From NCBI GenBank assembly GCA_021432655.1, contig MU271668.1, forward strand, positions 1-33,597: a DNA stretch of 33,597 nt. Direction: 5' to 3'. Every line of letters starts with the position of its first letter. Within the stretch, counting starts at the first letter, position 1. Position numbers and translations under genes: made by a program. This document shows positions 21,531-33,597 of this stretch, in pieces. The DNA comes from Atractiella rhizophila. Taxonomy: Eukaryota. The notes beneath the pieces were generated by a model that was not told where the DNA came from, searched no databases, and saw only the letters and a program-made list of their open reading frames with translations.

Positions 21531-24500
21531 CTAAACAGGGTCTGGGAGATACATCTCGTCACTCTGGCCGGCATCTCCTTCAATAAGAGCATTTTCTGCC
21601 TCAGGCTCAGGGACTGGGCTGATAGGCGCATCAGAGTGGTGACGGTGAAGAACCCAGACAAAGGTTCTGCCCTCGCCGTCTTCTGCTTGAAAGACCCCGA
21701 TCAAGCGCTTCATGTGATCGAGGGGTACAAGTCGGAAGTCGTCGGTCCACTGGCAGAGTATTTCGCTCCTGAAAAGGCTACGGCATTTGCTGAAAAGCTG
21801 AGTAAGTACGAAGAGTTTGTCGTTGGCTGGATTTGCTTCGGGGTCGAAGAAAGTCTCTGGGACCCGTATGTAGACCACTGCCTCACCATAGAAAATATCT
21901 CCTGCATCATCGATTCCCTGTTCCCCTCAATCAGAAAGGATAGCCAGACACATTGAGCTAACACTTACCTCATACCTGCATGCCTTTCGTGCTTCAAACT
22001 TCCATGACCGTTCTAGCTTCCGAGAGCGAACAATGTCCCCATTAGCCAAGGCACAACGTCCCCAGTGCTCCCACTTCGCCAAAACCTTCTCCAAGTCCAA
22101 TCCGTCGATATTCTTCCCACGAGCAAGGCAGTACGCTCGAATCAGTTCGAGTTCATGCATCCATTCCATGCTGTATTCGGTTCCTTGCAGCTTCGCCAGC
22201 TTCGTAAGAGGAATCGATGTCCAGCGAGGGGAATAGACAGAGTTGTAGGACTGAGTGGGAGAGAAACGCTGGTATCGGGAGCCGGCATTCTCATGGATGG
22301 TATTCGGGGCAGGGTAGAGAATATCCACAATGTTCATTTGCTCCAACAGCAGGGCTTGGTTAAGCAGGTTCTCTTGATACCTGTTGTCCTGATTGATTCG
22401 TTTCTTGAGGAATCCAATCATTCCCTCCATCGGGAACTGCGAGTAGAGGATCCCAGGCCCCCACCAGAGGATCCAGTCAGCAATGTGCAAGAGGTGGTGG
22501 ATGCACATAGGCATACGACTAAGCCGGGTGGAATCACCGTGAACGTATAGTTTCTCCCAGCCTGTAACGAAAGATGCAAAAAGTTGCTTAATCTCCAGCC
22601 GCTCCTGCTCGCTAATTTCATGTTGCCAAGCCAGTCGGCAGCCGCAGATAAACAAATCAAGAAGGTGAATGATATCTAAAGGGAATCCTAGAAGGAATAG
22701 GCAGGGACTCAGGAGCCAATCGAAAACATCCCACCACTCGTGCATCTTATACTGGCTGTTTCGGAATCGATGGGTGTTCCGTGGAGCTGCTTGAGAGAAG
22801 TCGTACGGAATATCTACCTTCGAGCGCTCAACCATGTGTCCGAACTCCTCTCGCACCTGCAGTGTCGGGTGCCACGGCTCTGGAAGAGATCCCTGCTTGT
22901 TGATCCCCATGGTCGAGTCGAAAATGAGTTCAGCGTCATTCTTCCAGTGGAGGTGAGCAAGATCCCCAGCAAAAAACGTCCATGGATCACGGAAAGTCTT
23001 GAATCCAGAAGCTGGCGTGATGGAAATGACACCGCTGTCTCGTGCCATCTCTGCTCGTGCTTTTTGCGTTATTGCGAGTGCAAGATCCTTTGCTGTTTGA
23101 GTGTACTCGGTCGTGGTGCGAATTGGAAGATTGAGCGGGTCATACGCGGCCGGACGATAGCTGGGGAGAGTACCGTTGTCTTGGGGAAGTGATATACATG
23201 GATAGTAGTAATGCTGACCTAGGAGTTGACCGATAAGCTTGCAAAAACGACAACCGCACTTCCCTTGATGGCCTGTGCAGCCGTTGGCCTTCGCGGAACC
23301 AAGCATGTCACCTGTGCCAACATTAGAGTGCCGAAAAGAAAGGTAAGATAACTTACCCAACTTGTTAATAAGCCAACCTTTCCAAACAAACCACTTCCGA
23401 GAAGATGCGTCCCACATCCACAACCCTCCACTCAACTTCGCCATCGCTTTATAGAATGGGAGAAAGAACGATTGAATGTCGACTGGATTGTTGGGACCGG
23501 GGACGCCCAGTGTAAAGAAGGTATGACGGCGCTTTGCTCTGACGTGCATGTCGAAGCCAAGGAACGAGAGAATGACAAACCACATATTGGAGTCGCGAGT
23601 AGCATGGATGGCTGCACCGTCTGTTGATGCGATGAAGACAGATTCTCGTTCGTCCTCCAAGAAGCCAATGTCATCCTCAGCCAGCGCTTGGACTGCAGTA
23701 CCGTGATGGAAGTCGTTGTATGTGTAGCCCCTCTTCAGCTTGTCGATGAGATACTCTGCTTTCGCCAGAGTCTCTCCCAGCTTCCTCCCAAAATCTCCCA
23801 TCATCCTGGCTGTTTGCGGTGCCCGGAACATAGCCTTGATTCGATGGATTGGGTTGCAGAAGAGAAAGCTCTTTTCGGTCTTTCTTTTTTCAGCGGATGC
23901 ATTTCCTGGGATCCCAGAGCGCCCAAAGGAAAAGGAATAGCGTGGTTTATTGCAGGGTACCACCAGTCCATTGATCTTGCGAGAATGAGGGCACCTGCAG
24001 GTTGTGTAAGCTCTTCATGTCATGTCATTCATCTGAAAGAATTACCGCTCTAACGCCTCATACTTCCCCAGGTAGGCGCTGCATGAAGCTCTGCACATTG
24101 GCAACCATTCCATTCTCCATCCAGCCTACTGAGCTCAGCAAGCATCTTCTTCGCCTCTGGAAGGGTATGCATGTCATGACCGCGCGAAGTCCAATTCCGA
24201 TAGTGACCTTCATAACTTGCATCCTTCTCATTGCCTCGGTGCCAGACTCGGAATTCGTCCAGCGTAAGCTGTTGTTTGTCGGTAAGCTTGAGGATTTCAT
24301 CGTGATAAGTTGGAGGAAGAGTTGGAAGGTCATCGGAACCATCATCGAAGAGTGGCATGAGGATATCACGAACCTCGCTGTAATTCAATGTACAAATATC
24401 AGCGCGTCTCCTTTCTGCTATTAGATTACTCACAATAGTGGTGTGGCATATGTGAGCTTTCCAGCTCCAGCAGGACAAGCAGCATTGTCGGGATTCGGAT

Positions 24501-25008
24501 TGTAGTACGCCTCCTCCTCTTCCTCAGGACTCGCCATAAGAGGCTCTATATCATCTTCCCTCAGCTCTCTATACCGATCTCCATCATCTCTCATCTCAGT
24601 ATCGCCTTCTTCTTGCGGAGCACATCCTTGATCGACATCATTCTCGAAAGGAGGAATGTTGGTTGCGTTTAGCTGATGAGGCTGAAAATCAGATACTAGC
24701 ATCGTGCGATTAGGTTGTTGGAGCTTGATGTGGACCTTAGAGGCGTAGGGAACACTTCGAGGACGTAGGGGATTGTGTCGTGTGCTTGTCTTGAAGGAGA
24801 AGGAGATGCCTGAAGTCGATATGGCATCGACGCGTAGAGCAGCACGTGTTGCGGCGCGAACCCCTTCCTCCTCTTCTTTCTTCTTTCTGGCACGGGATCG
24901 GATGGGAGGATATGGTGACGAAAAAGCTCTGGTGCTGGTAGGATTTGTGGTGCCTAGAGTAGGAACTTGATGGTACGCTGAGATAGAGCGGGAAGAATTG
25001 GATCTCAT
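21531..25008 (-). pseudogene. CACTA/EnSpm (Tnp2-like) transposase, spliced, nearly intact
   Basis: MCRASCSAYLGKYEALERCPH, STDGA, VPGPNNPVDIQSFFLP, GDMLGSAK...GHQGKCGCRFC, GDLAHL and MCIHHLLHIADWILWWGP...QFPMEGMIG. Introns 24045-23995, 23356-23312 and 21968-21918. A 5-bp duplication at 24105-24114 shifts the frame, and one splice donor near 24460 looks mutated. Start position is approximate. Confidence 0.85.
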
Positions 25009-25158
25009 AGCAAGATGGCTTAGGATGATCAGATTCACGAAGAATATTATGATCATTGTAACAGCAGGTGTAGGAGCATGGATAAGGGTGAGTCTCTAGC
25101 TGGGGAATATTCAAAGAGAGAATTCTAATGCGGCTACTTGTTCTTATGCAGGTACCCT

Positions 25159-28041
25159 ATGCCTGCGCTAAGTTCAAACACGCAAACATGTCCGGGATCT
25201 TCGACGACGACAACTCTTGCAACCCAGCCCTCTTGCCTAAAGCCATCCATACCTCTCATTCCCCCCAATAACCGTCAGCCTCCTCCCAAACTAACAGGAA
25301 ATGTCGCGAGAGGACCCATCCTTTCCCACCCACATCCAAATTGCTACTCGGCGCGATTTTTCATCAAATCCTTATGTGCAGGGACTGGAATCAAAGGTGT
25401 TTGAGCTAGAGAGTTCTTTGGAGAAAGAGCGGATGGACAAAGATAAGTGGAAGAAGTTTTACATGGAGAAGGATGAAGAGGTGGATCGATTGAGGTTGGA
25501 GCTTGAAAAGGTGAAAAAGGTTCTTCCCCCGGTGGATTCAACGTCGAAACAGCGTGTGGGAGGTATCGTAGCGAAGGCTCTGGCCCCTGAAACAGGCTCT
25601 GAATCTTCGGAGAAGATTGGATCAAAAGGCCAGTGAAACCATACCGTCCAATTATCAGCAAAGAAGATGCCGAAGACCTTGGGATCTTTTGGGAACGTAC
25701 ACAAGCAGCCGCCTCAACGAGAAGTGGTGTCCAGAACAACCTCCTTGATCCCGTCCAGGTGCTACATCAGCTCGTCTTCGATGAAGTCGATGACAGCGTT
25801 ATTGGAGCGACTCAGTTGTCCAGCGTGGTTGCTGATGTCATCCGAAACGATGCCACCCTCTACTCAAAAACCTACCTGGACACTACGAAGTCGATCAAGA
25901 ACCAGACGGGCCTCTGCAAAACCGTCCATCTTTCCGAACATCCTGCGCAAACTCGAGGCAGATTACAGCTCAGTTCTTTGCCTTGGGAAGAACGACTGGA
26001 TGTCGCGTATCTTCGTGACCGCAGTGCTAAGGAATACGAGCGGGAGTGCCTATAAATGTGATGGCGAGCGTGATGAGGATGGAGGCCAGATTGTTAAGAG
26101 GGGGAATAAAAAGGAAGGCCAGTATCAACGGATCTGTCATGCCGACAGAGAAGAGAAATAGGGTGGAGAGTGTGAATGCAGAGCATGGTGAGCATCTCTC
26201 TCCTTGGACCAAATTGGGCCAACGAGGATCAGGGCTTGAAGGCTGTGGTTCCATCGTTACGGCAGTGAGAGTGGTGGAGAGGACTATGAAGAGGAAGAAT
26301 GATAGACCAATGGTGCATTTCTGGCCTTCTAAATGACTAGATACTAATTGCTCAGCATATAGGCGAACCTCCCGAATGACCCACTTCATGGGATCAGGGC
26401 GGGCCCAGAACAAGTTGCTCAAGAGGCAGAATAACTCCACCTCTGTGCCTGACACCCTTAAGGGATCAATTGGTCTGTATTTTGTTTGACATGCCATTCT
26501 CCGCTATCTGAAACTAACAGGACAATAGACGAGCTCAAGGAAATGGTTGCTGACAATAATTGTCTCATCAACCTCAAAGTACTGGCCGCATTTATTGAAG
26601 ACGGCATCCTACCTCTCTGCCACGCCCATTCTCGCGCTATCGACAGCAAAACGCTTGCACAATCCGCAACAAAACGTCTTCTCATCACCATAACGTCGGC
26701 GGAATGTGATATCAACCTCCCAATCGATGCAGACGAGGACGATTTATACCTCTGAAGACTTACGAAACAATCCTCGAGGGGGATATGCTGGGCCATAACA
26801 GCCTCGGTGAGGAGACGCTGTTCTGCTTGAGGAAGTGGAAGAATGTGGGTTCGCGGGAAGGGATTGGGGAGCTGCTTCAAGCTGTAGTGAGGGGTGCGAA
26901 GGTTGCGCAACGATTGTGCAAGCGATGGAAGGAGGCATATCCGGATTCGATGGATGTGACGCCGTTGCTTCTCAACTTTAGCTGTGTAGGGAGGCTGGCT
27001 GAGAGTCTGGCTGAGGCTTGGCTGGAGGGCGGTGGTAGCAATGCCATTTCTGTAAGTCCCGCTTTTTCCTTTCAACAGGATTGTCATGCTGGATTAGGAT
27101 GTGCGTTCAGCCAAAGATCTCAAGAACATTATGGTGGCAGGCGAGTATTCGAAAGCATTGTTAGAAAGGTCACAGCAGCATACAGATCCTGTGTCCACCA
27201 CGTCGAAGGAGAAAAACCTCAAAGCCGAAAAACATCGATTTCCACAGAGCCCACTCCGTTCTACTCTTCATTACCTCCCTCCACCTTCTCTGCGAATCAA
27301 CAATGTTGTCCCTCCTCCTGAACAAGGCGAGGCTTTCATTCTAACGTTGCAACAGGGTCATGACGTTCCTATTCCTCCTCCTACCGACAATCATCTTCCT
27401 CCTCCACCTCCGCAAGAATGCGGTATTGCTCCTATGTGGCCATGCAGCAAGATCTCTCACTTCCTACCTCCCCCCTGTAGCGAAGGTCCACCACCTGGAC
27501 ATATTGCACCACCATCAGACATCCGGCCCACGCCGCTCAAGCTGGGGCAGGTGGGACAGGCGAATGGGATTGGTGCAAACAAGAAGAGGAGAGGAAAGTC
27601 TAAGAAGAACGAAGAGAACTCGGATGCTCTGCTTCCAGAGGAAGTTGCATCACTGAGGGAGGATGTCGAGAAACTTAGACCGTTGCTCGACAAGCAGGAT
27701 ATGATGGCACAGCTGGTGGAGGCCAAAAAAATGGCAAAAGAGAACCATTGGAATGCGGAGCACTGGAAGAAAATGTTACAAAACCAAGTGAGTAGTCCGT
27801 ATTTCCTAGCTAGTTTCTCAACAGAGAATAGGAGTACGACGTAGGAGTTATGATTATGAAATTTAATTCCATCGACAAAAGGATATTGGAGCTTCTTCGA
27901 CTACTCAAAGGCGGCCAGGACGATCAGGAACGTGTTGCTAGTACTAGTGGAAGTGGCGGAGGGAGTGGAGGTAACGGTGCAGGAACACGAGAGGGGCTTC
28001 GACTGTTAAGACCACGACAATATGGCACATTCGGTGTTTGA
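25159..28041 (+). pseudogene. Second, divergently oriented gene region inside the CACTA element (accessory or cargo, unknown function), disrupted
   Basis: Chain of same-strand ORFs (25301-25636 coiled-coil, 25633-26055, 26486-26755, 26785-27050, 27101-27786 Pro-rich, 27850-28041) linked by GT-AG intron-like gaps, frameshifts and stops. Confidence 0.5.
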
Positions 28042-29031
28042 GGAGAAAGAGGGATTAGGGAGGGAACAGGGGAGATGGCGATGGGAGTATCACTGCGTAG
28101 ATCAGGGGTAAAGACTGTGGTAGAATCAATTCATTTCCATTATGCTCCTGTATAACTGAGCCGTGAATGGAATGCGACTGGACCCTCGCTAAAGCTGCAC
28201 TAACCGTGCACTGTTTTACGCGCTAGATTGGCACTACATTGCACTGACAGTGCGCTAAAGGCACTGAATATTCGATTTACACATGAGCACTAACTGCAAC
28301 ACTAACAGCTCACCAGACGCACAAAACTGGCACTGCTGCGGAGCCAAAAATCGGCCCTAAACCATCTCTAAACCAACACCGTTTTGAGTGCTAGTGCCTT
28401 GAGTGACTAGGCCTGCACTGGACCAGCCCTGCAAGGTTCCAGGGGGTTAATGTTGATTCATTAATGATAAACACATTAAATTAGAAGCTAATGGCTCTGC
28501 CATTACTCACCTTATCTGAGTAATGACATTCAAATTAGCTGAACCGAGCAATTAATGGTGTTAGGGCTTATAATGCCTAAAGTGCTCCACACTTCAAGTT
28601 TCCTTGTCTGATTTGTCCAATATTACTAAATTCTCAGATCTGCAATGCGATGCCTCCACCTTTAGTTAGTTCGGCAGCTCAAGCTGAACCTGGAGGAGTA
28701 CATACCCTTGGCCAGTTGTAAGTCACGTGATTGAGCTAGGTCCCCTATGACTTTGGAATGTGGACCAAAGTCAGCAGCTGTCATATCAGACCGAGCACTA
28801 ATGGGATCACCTTCTGCCCAACAACACCCATTTCGCAGCGCCAACACACATCGAAACACCAACTAACAGCCTGTTCTAACCCATTGTCCAACTCTATCCA
28901 ATTTTGTCGGTTATGCAGCCTGAGGCACAACTTGTCATAAATGTGGAGGTTTCATGTTCCCAACGCTTTGGGGTATAAGTAAGCCTCTTCTTTTCCTTTC
29001 ATATTTGCTTCAACCAACCACAAGAACTAAT

Positions 29032-32000
29032 ATGAATACTCACAGTTCCAAGTCCACTTCTATTCACTCAAGGAAATCGATGCGAACTACAAGCAGCCCT
29101 GCCAGACTCAGTGACTTCGATCTATCTACTGATGACATTGATCCAGCCATTATCTCTGCTAATCTGCAATCTACGAGGAGGACCTCTGCTCTCCACAAGC
29201 TAAACCTTACAGAACATTCAGGTTCAGGAGATGAAGAAGAGAGTGAGAAGTTCTACTGTGACAGCTCTGAAACAGAGATTGTGAGTGACAATGAACGGGT
29301 ACCCTTAGGATCTGATTGTGAGGTTCTGAAAGTATGCTTTTCTCTCATGAGCAGAGGTTAGATTTTGATGCATGAATGGATGGGCAACAGACACGTAAAC
29401 CCTTATCCAAGACAGGAAAAACGGTTAGTTCTCATCTCGTCAATCATATTTAGACTTATGCTTCTTTGTAGAAGCGTGTTGCCGCGTCAACAGGAATGAA
29501 AGTTATTCCGAAACTGACTTGCAGCCAGTGGCCAAGAAGGTACGTCACTGACTTGCATGCTATCAACATAGAATGACCAAGATATGTAGAGGTGATCCAA
29601 TCCAGGTCTCCATACACGATTCGGGAAGACAACCAAGGAGAGGATACGAAGAGAGCCTAAATATTGCTCAAAGAAGACCATTTTGCAGATGCAAGTGGAG
29701 CTGGACGCTATGGGACCAGATATGGAGGAGAGTGATAGAGGAAAGAAAAAGGAAGCGCGTTCGTAAGAATAGCTCCTGAGGAGAGGGTACCCCTGCTATT
29801 TTCAACTGCTATACGGTGCGCTGTCCTACTTTTTGATTGCCAACCTCATTGGAAAGTATAGCATGATCCTTCTACACCAGCCTATCCATACAGAACTAAG
29901 GATGATAGATGCAAGTATATATGTCTACTTTGTGGGTTGGCTTTTATATATGTCGACTTTGTGGGTTGGCTTTTTTTTCTGAGTTTGAGTGATGCAGTTC
30001 TCTTATACAGAATTATAGTGTGGAGTGGAACATCTTTGGAAAGAACTACTCCAACATGAACATGCACCTCCATGATTCTACCCATCGTCACCTTGCCACT
30101 TTGAAAGGAATCACACTGCCACCTCAACTAGCCAAGGTCATTGCAGGACAAAGTTTGGGTCAACCAGAGAATCGATCCTGTTTCGCCTCCTTCAAGGTCC
30201 TGACAGTTATGGAGCTCGATGAGGTTTTCCGAAAGTCAGTGGAATGGATAGTGCGGTATGACGATGCAGGGAGCATCGTCAAGGAGCAAGGATTGAAGGA
30301 TGTAGTTGAGCTGTTGAGGCACGGGGCGACACTCTACGGAGCAATGACAGCAAGCAAGTGGGCAGGAAGATTGTATGATGCAATGCAGCTTGTTGTGCAG
30401 AGCGAACTTGATGTCTGTCATTCAATATTCTTGCATCCCATCCATCTAACATCAGAAATATGCACATGCCAGCATGGTTCATATTGAACATGACGGGTGG
30501 ACAAGCTTTGGCACCTCCATCACATTCTTGCTGTTATTGGACACTATATTGACGATAACTAGGTAAAGCAAGAGCGGGCTCTTCGAAGTTCAATCCTAGA
30601 GGGATTATCTACTGCACCAATCCTCTCCAGCAAACTCTCAAAGGTAATTGAGGACAAGAATTGGTTCAGAAATTTGGTAGGCTCTCTTCTCATAGCCCAT
30701 TGAAACTAATATTTGGTACAGGAAATATAGGATCAGACCATGCATCGAATGGACTAGCGGCCCTTCCCTACCTTGAAGCTGACCTCCTCTCTCGTAGCCA
30801 CCTGTGGCAGGCTGAAGATTCTCATGCTGGCTGTACTCTTCATGCCATCAACCTCACGGCAAGGCAACCCTTCATGTATGGGAGTGGGACCACTTCCCGA
30901 TATGATATGAGCATAGAGTCCAACACGCCTACGACCAGATGTGACAGAGTCGAGTGAAGTGGAGTTTGAGGATGATGACAATGAATCTGTGTGCAGTTTA
31001 GATGTAGAGAGGGATGCAGCAGATGGGGTGGACACAAGAGCTCGTATTGCAGCTGCTGCACAAGGACTCGTGGCTGATTGAGCTGATAACTCGCCAAGGT
31101 GGCAATTCTTTTCTCTCATAGCTATACACTAGTTGCTTATGTTAAGGGTAGGCTGTACTTCTTTGTCTTATTGTTCGAGCTTCCAGTGAACGCCTACGTG
31201 CCTTCAAAAAGGTATTAAGAGAACTCTACCCAATCGGTCACACGCAACGCAATCTACTCCCTCTTAAGGCAAACAGAACTTGATGGAATTCAGAACACAA
31301 TGTATTGGCAAGAGCTTATCCTATCCGACACGCAAGTATTCATTCTTCATTGTCACCATTCTTAATCCTGCTTCTTTTATCAATTATAGGCTCTGCAGAA
31401 GTTCTGTGTGAAGGACTACATGACTTTGGTGCCTACGCTTTGAGCAAACCTGAGTGGAAGCAGGTGGATCTTATTGCAGATGTGTTAAAGGTTTGATGCC
31501 ATTCCTAGCCTTTCAAGGATGTAACAATGCTTCTCCAGTCCTCCGAATCACATCTTGGCGAAGTGTTACCAACATTGTACCGCCTTCGAAAATCTTTGAT
31601 GAAGATTATGTAAGATCCTGTAAAGGCCAGTGTAAACCATGTGGTCCAGGCTGGAATTGAGAAGCTTGATGCTTACTACAACCCAATGAAAACCAAGAAG
31701 TGCAATGTTCTCGCAACTGGTTTGTTTTTCCTTGCTTAGAACTTAATTTATTTGATGACGACACCATAGCTCTTTCGCCAAAGTATCGCCTTAAGTTCTT
31801 TAACAAGCTTGGAGCCGATGTTTATAAGGTAGTGGAAGCAAAGGTTATGCAAGAATACATGAGGATATTCAATTCCTCTGTTGTGCCGTCGACTTCAACT
31901 ACTATAAACATCACTACAGGAGTCGACAGTTCTACCGGCAGTGCGGCTTTAGAGGACCTATCAGATTGTGATGATGAGAGAGGGAGTGCAGGTTTGCATG

Positions 32001-32334
32001 AATATGACATGTTTAACTTAACAGCACAGCTTGGGGAAGGGCAAATAGACTTGAACTACTGGAAGGTGAGTCGGCGTAGTTTATTGGCAAGTTGAACATA
32101 GGGCTTACTTTACTTGAGATCTAGCTCAATGAATTGGTCTATCCGACATGTGGTGACATGGCGCGAAACTACCTGGCCACACTGGCATCCAATGCTGGTG
32201 TTGAAAGACTTTTTTCATGGGCAAAATGGATTAATACTGATAAAAGGGCATCTATGAGTGTGAAGAAGCTGGCTGAGCTAATGACAGCAAAGGCATGGAT
32301 TATACAAGGAGTTAAAGTACCGAAGGGGTGGTAA
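29032..32334 (+). pseudogene. hAT transposase pseudogene (BED finger, DDE core, dimerisation domain)
   Basis: YICLLC...SNMNMHLHDSTH (BED-like), DGWTS (D at 30492), CTLHAINL (CxxH, 30832), T*WNS (TGA at 31281), LSKPEWKQV, LSPKYRL and YPTCGDMARNYLATLASNAGVERLFS; many stops. Confidence 0.88.
29916..29974 (+). repeat. Short tandem duplication, 29-bp period
   Basis: TATATATGTC(T/G)ACTTTGTGGGTTGGCTTTT occurs twice. Confidence 0.9.
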
Positions 32335-32584
32335 TTCAGGTCTTTACTATACTTCACTTTGTTCTATAGCATTTTAATCCTTATATTCCTTATAATCTAA
32401 TGACATTTAAATTACTGAGCTCTTGTGAATTTTCTTGCTCTGAGCATTAAAATTATAATGGCTGTTTTCATATTACAAATGATTAACATTACGGGCCTTA
32501 CCCTTATAATGTAAGGGTGGGAGCGCTGACACTGGCAAACATATTTCAGTGAGCCAATCTGGATATCTCACTCTACTGGCAGGT

Positions 32585-33031
32585 TGTTAGGGCTGACACT
32601 ATGTGCAGTCGCCGACGGGCCATGCGTCTGTAGTGGAGATAAACTTAAGTGCGTGATATGACATGAAGACTAACCTGTAGTGGGGATAAGCCTAAGAGAA
32701 TACTCTGAGGTCACCTCCACTACTCTCCGCTCTATATATACAAGCGGAATAACACTGCCACAGAGTGCAGAGGAGAGCAGATGAAACATGTAAGAGAACT
32801 AAAAGGGGGAAGTGACAGTGGGATTACACGGAGTTAATAGGAGGAGAATAGATACAAATGGGCTAAGTGGTGATGCACTGCGTAGAGTGGTGACAGGAGA
32901 CGCAGAGTGGCGACGGGCAGAGTGGCGAACAGGCGCTGAATTGCGGGGAACACAAATGGGCAATAGGAGATGCAATCCGGCGATTGGGCGCCGGTTTGCA
33001 TCTTAGATTTGCATAAGATGCAAACCTGACA
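32585..33031 (-). mobile_element. Solo LTR family A (447 bp), inverted relative to 1805-2294, with 5-bp TSD
   Basis: TGTTAGGGCTGACACTATGTGC...GCAAACCTGACA; flanks CAGGT (32580-32584) and TAGGT (33032-33036). Confidence 0.88.
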
Positions 33032-33074
33032 TAGGTCTTTGATATACAAGTTGTCATATCTTCCAGAACCTTCT

Positions 33075-33359
33075 GAATACTCTAGGATCACCTCCACTAC
33101 TCTCCAATCTATATATATATAGGGAATAACACTGCCATAAAGTGTAGAGAAGAGTATACGAAACATGTAAGAGAACCAAAAAAGGAAAGCAACAATGAGA
33201 TTATGTGGGGTTGATAAGAGGAGCATAGATATAATGGGACTAAGTGGTGATGGGAGTGCAATAGGGGACTGGGCACTGACTCACACAGAACGCAAACAGG
33301 TGACCGGGCGATACAAATTGGGGAATGGGCACCGATTTGCATGGAAAGCAAACCTGACA
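33075..33359 (-). mobile_element. Truncated LTR family A copy
   Basis: Repeats 32698-33031 (GAATACTCT..TCACCTCCACTACTCTCC...AATAACACTGCCA...GAAACATGTAAGAGAAC...GCAAACCTGACA). Confidence 0.85.
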
Positions 33360-33597
33360 GTCAATTCTGCTGAGGGACTGAAGCCATTGTTATTAGAAGG
33401 CTTTACTAAGAGGCTAAGGCCAGTATAAAGGTGGCATGTTTCAAGTCAGATCAGTGGCTGAACAAGCATGGATTTTAGGTGAATTGCAAACACTACTTCC
33501 ATAGACCATGGACACTTTGGTTCTGTGGACTGTAGCAAGGAGTAGATGAGAAATGTGAGGTATAAGACAGAGGTTGTTATTGTTCCAGTCAACTTAA

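Larger units (their letters stand above)
21022..28444 (-). mobile_element. CACTA/CMC-EnSpm DNA transposon, 7.4 kb, CCCTGG termini
   Basis: 19-bp TIR CCCTGGAAGCTTGCAGGGC / GCCCTGCAAGGTTCCAGGG (1 mismatch); GCACT(A) subterminal repeats at ~28196-28340; encodes an EnSpm-type transposase. Confidence 0.85.
28445..32500 (+). mobile_element. Decayed hAT DNA transposon
   Basis: Contains hAT transposase remnants. The AT-rich ends show degenerate inverted similarity (GGTTAATGTTGATTCATT vs reverse complement CCGTAATGTTAATCATT). Boundaries are approximate and no TSD was confirmed. Confidence 0.65.

Noticed and set aside
21528..24424. Plus-strand ORFs opposite the CACTA transposase, and similar antisense ORFs over los1 and Lon
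   Set aside because: Shadow frames of real genes with no recognisable motifs.
32750..32775. TAACACTGCC...AGTG..GAGG resembling a twister ribozyme
   Set aside because: The P4/L4 module is absent and the motif is not kept in the 1805-2294 copy.
1805..33031. One giant element with LTR-family-A inverted ends
   Set aside because: The right copy has its own 5-bp TSD, and the left copy follows its own PPT-like tract.

Overview
Fungal nuclear DNA with many short (~45-60 nt) spliceosomal introns, basidiomycete-like by inference, and one 121-N assembly gap. It holds three host-type genes: exportin-T/Los1 (5528-9840), a damaged short-chain dehydrogenase (10340-11433, minus) and a peroxisomal-type Lon protease (14999-18159) with an intact frame but altered ATPase motifs. 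The rest is mostly transposon-derived. That includes the 3' end of an LTR retroelement carrying an antisense Cys-rich gene, and a second 1.9-kb PPT-preceded TG...CA segment carrying an intact 5-exon antisense gene plus structured repeats. There is also a stand-alone Gypsy-type integrase relic (possibly Ginger-like), solo LTRs with target-site duplications, a 7.4-kb CACTA/EnSpm element with CCCTGG termini and a decayed hAT element. All calls come from manual reading, motif recognition and hand splicing; no database search or folding program was run.
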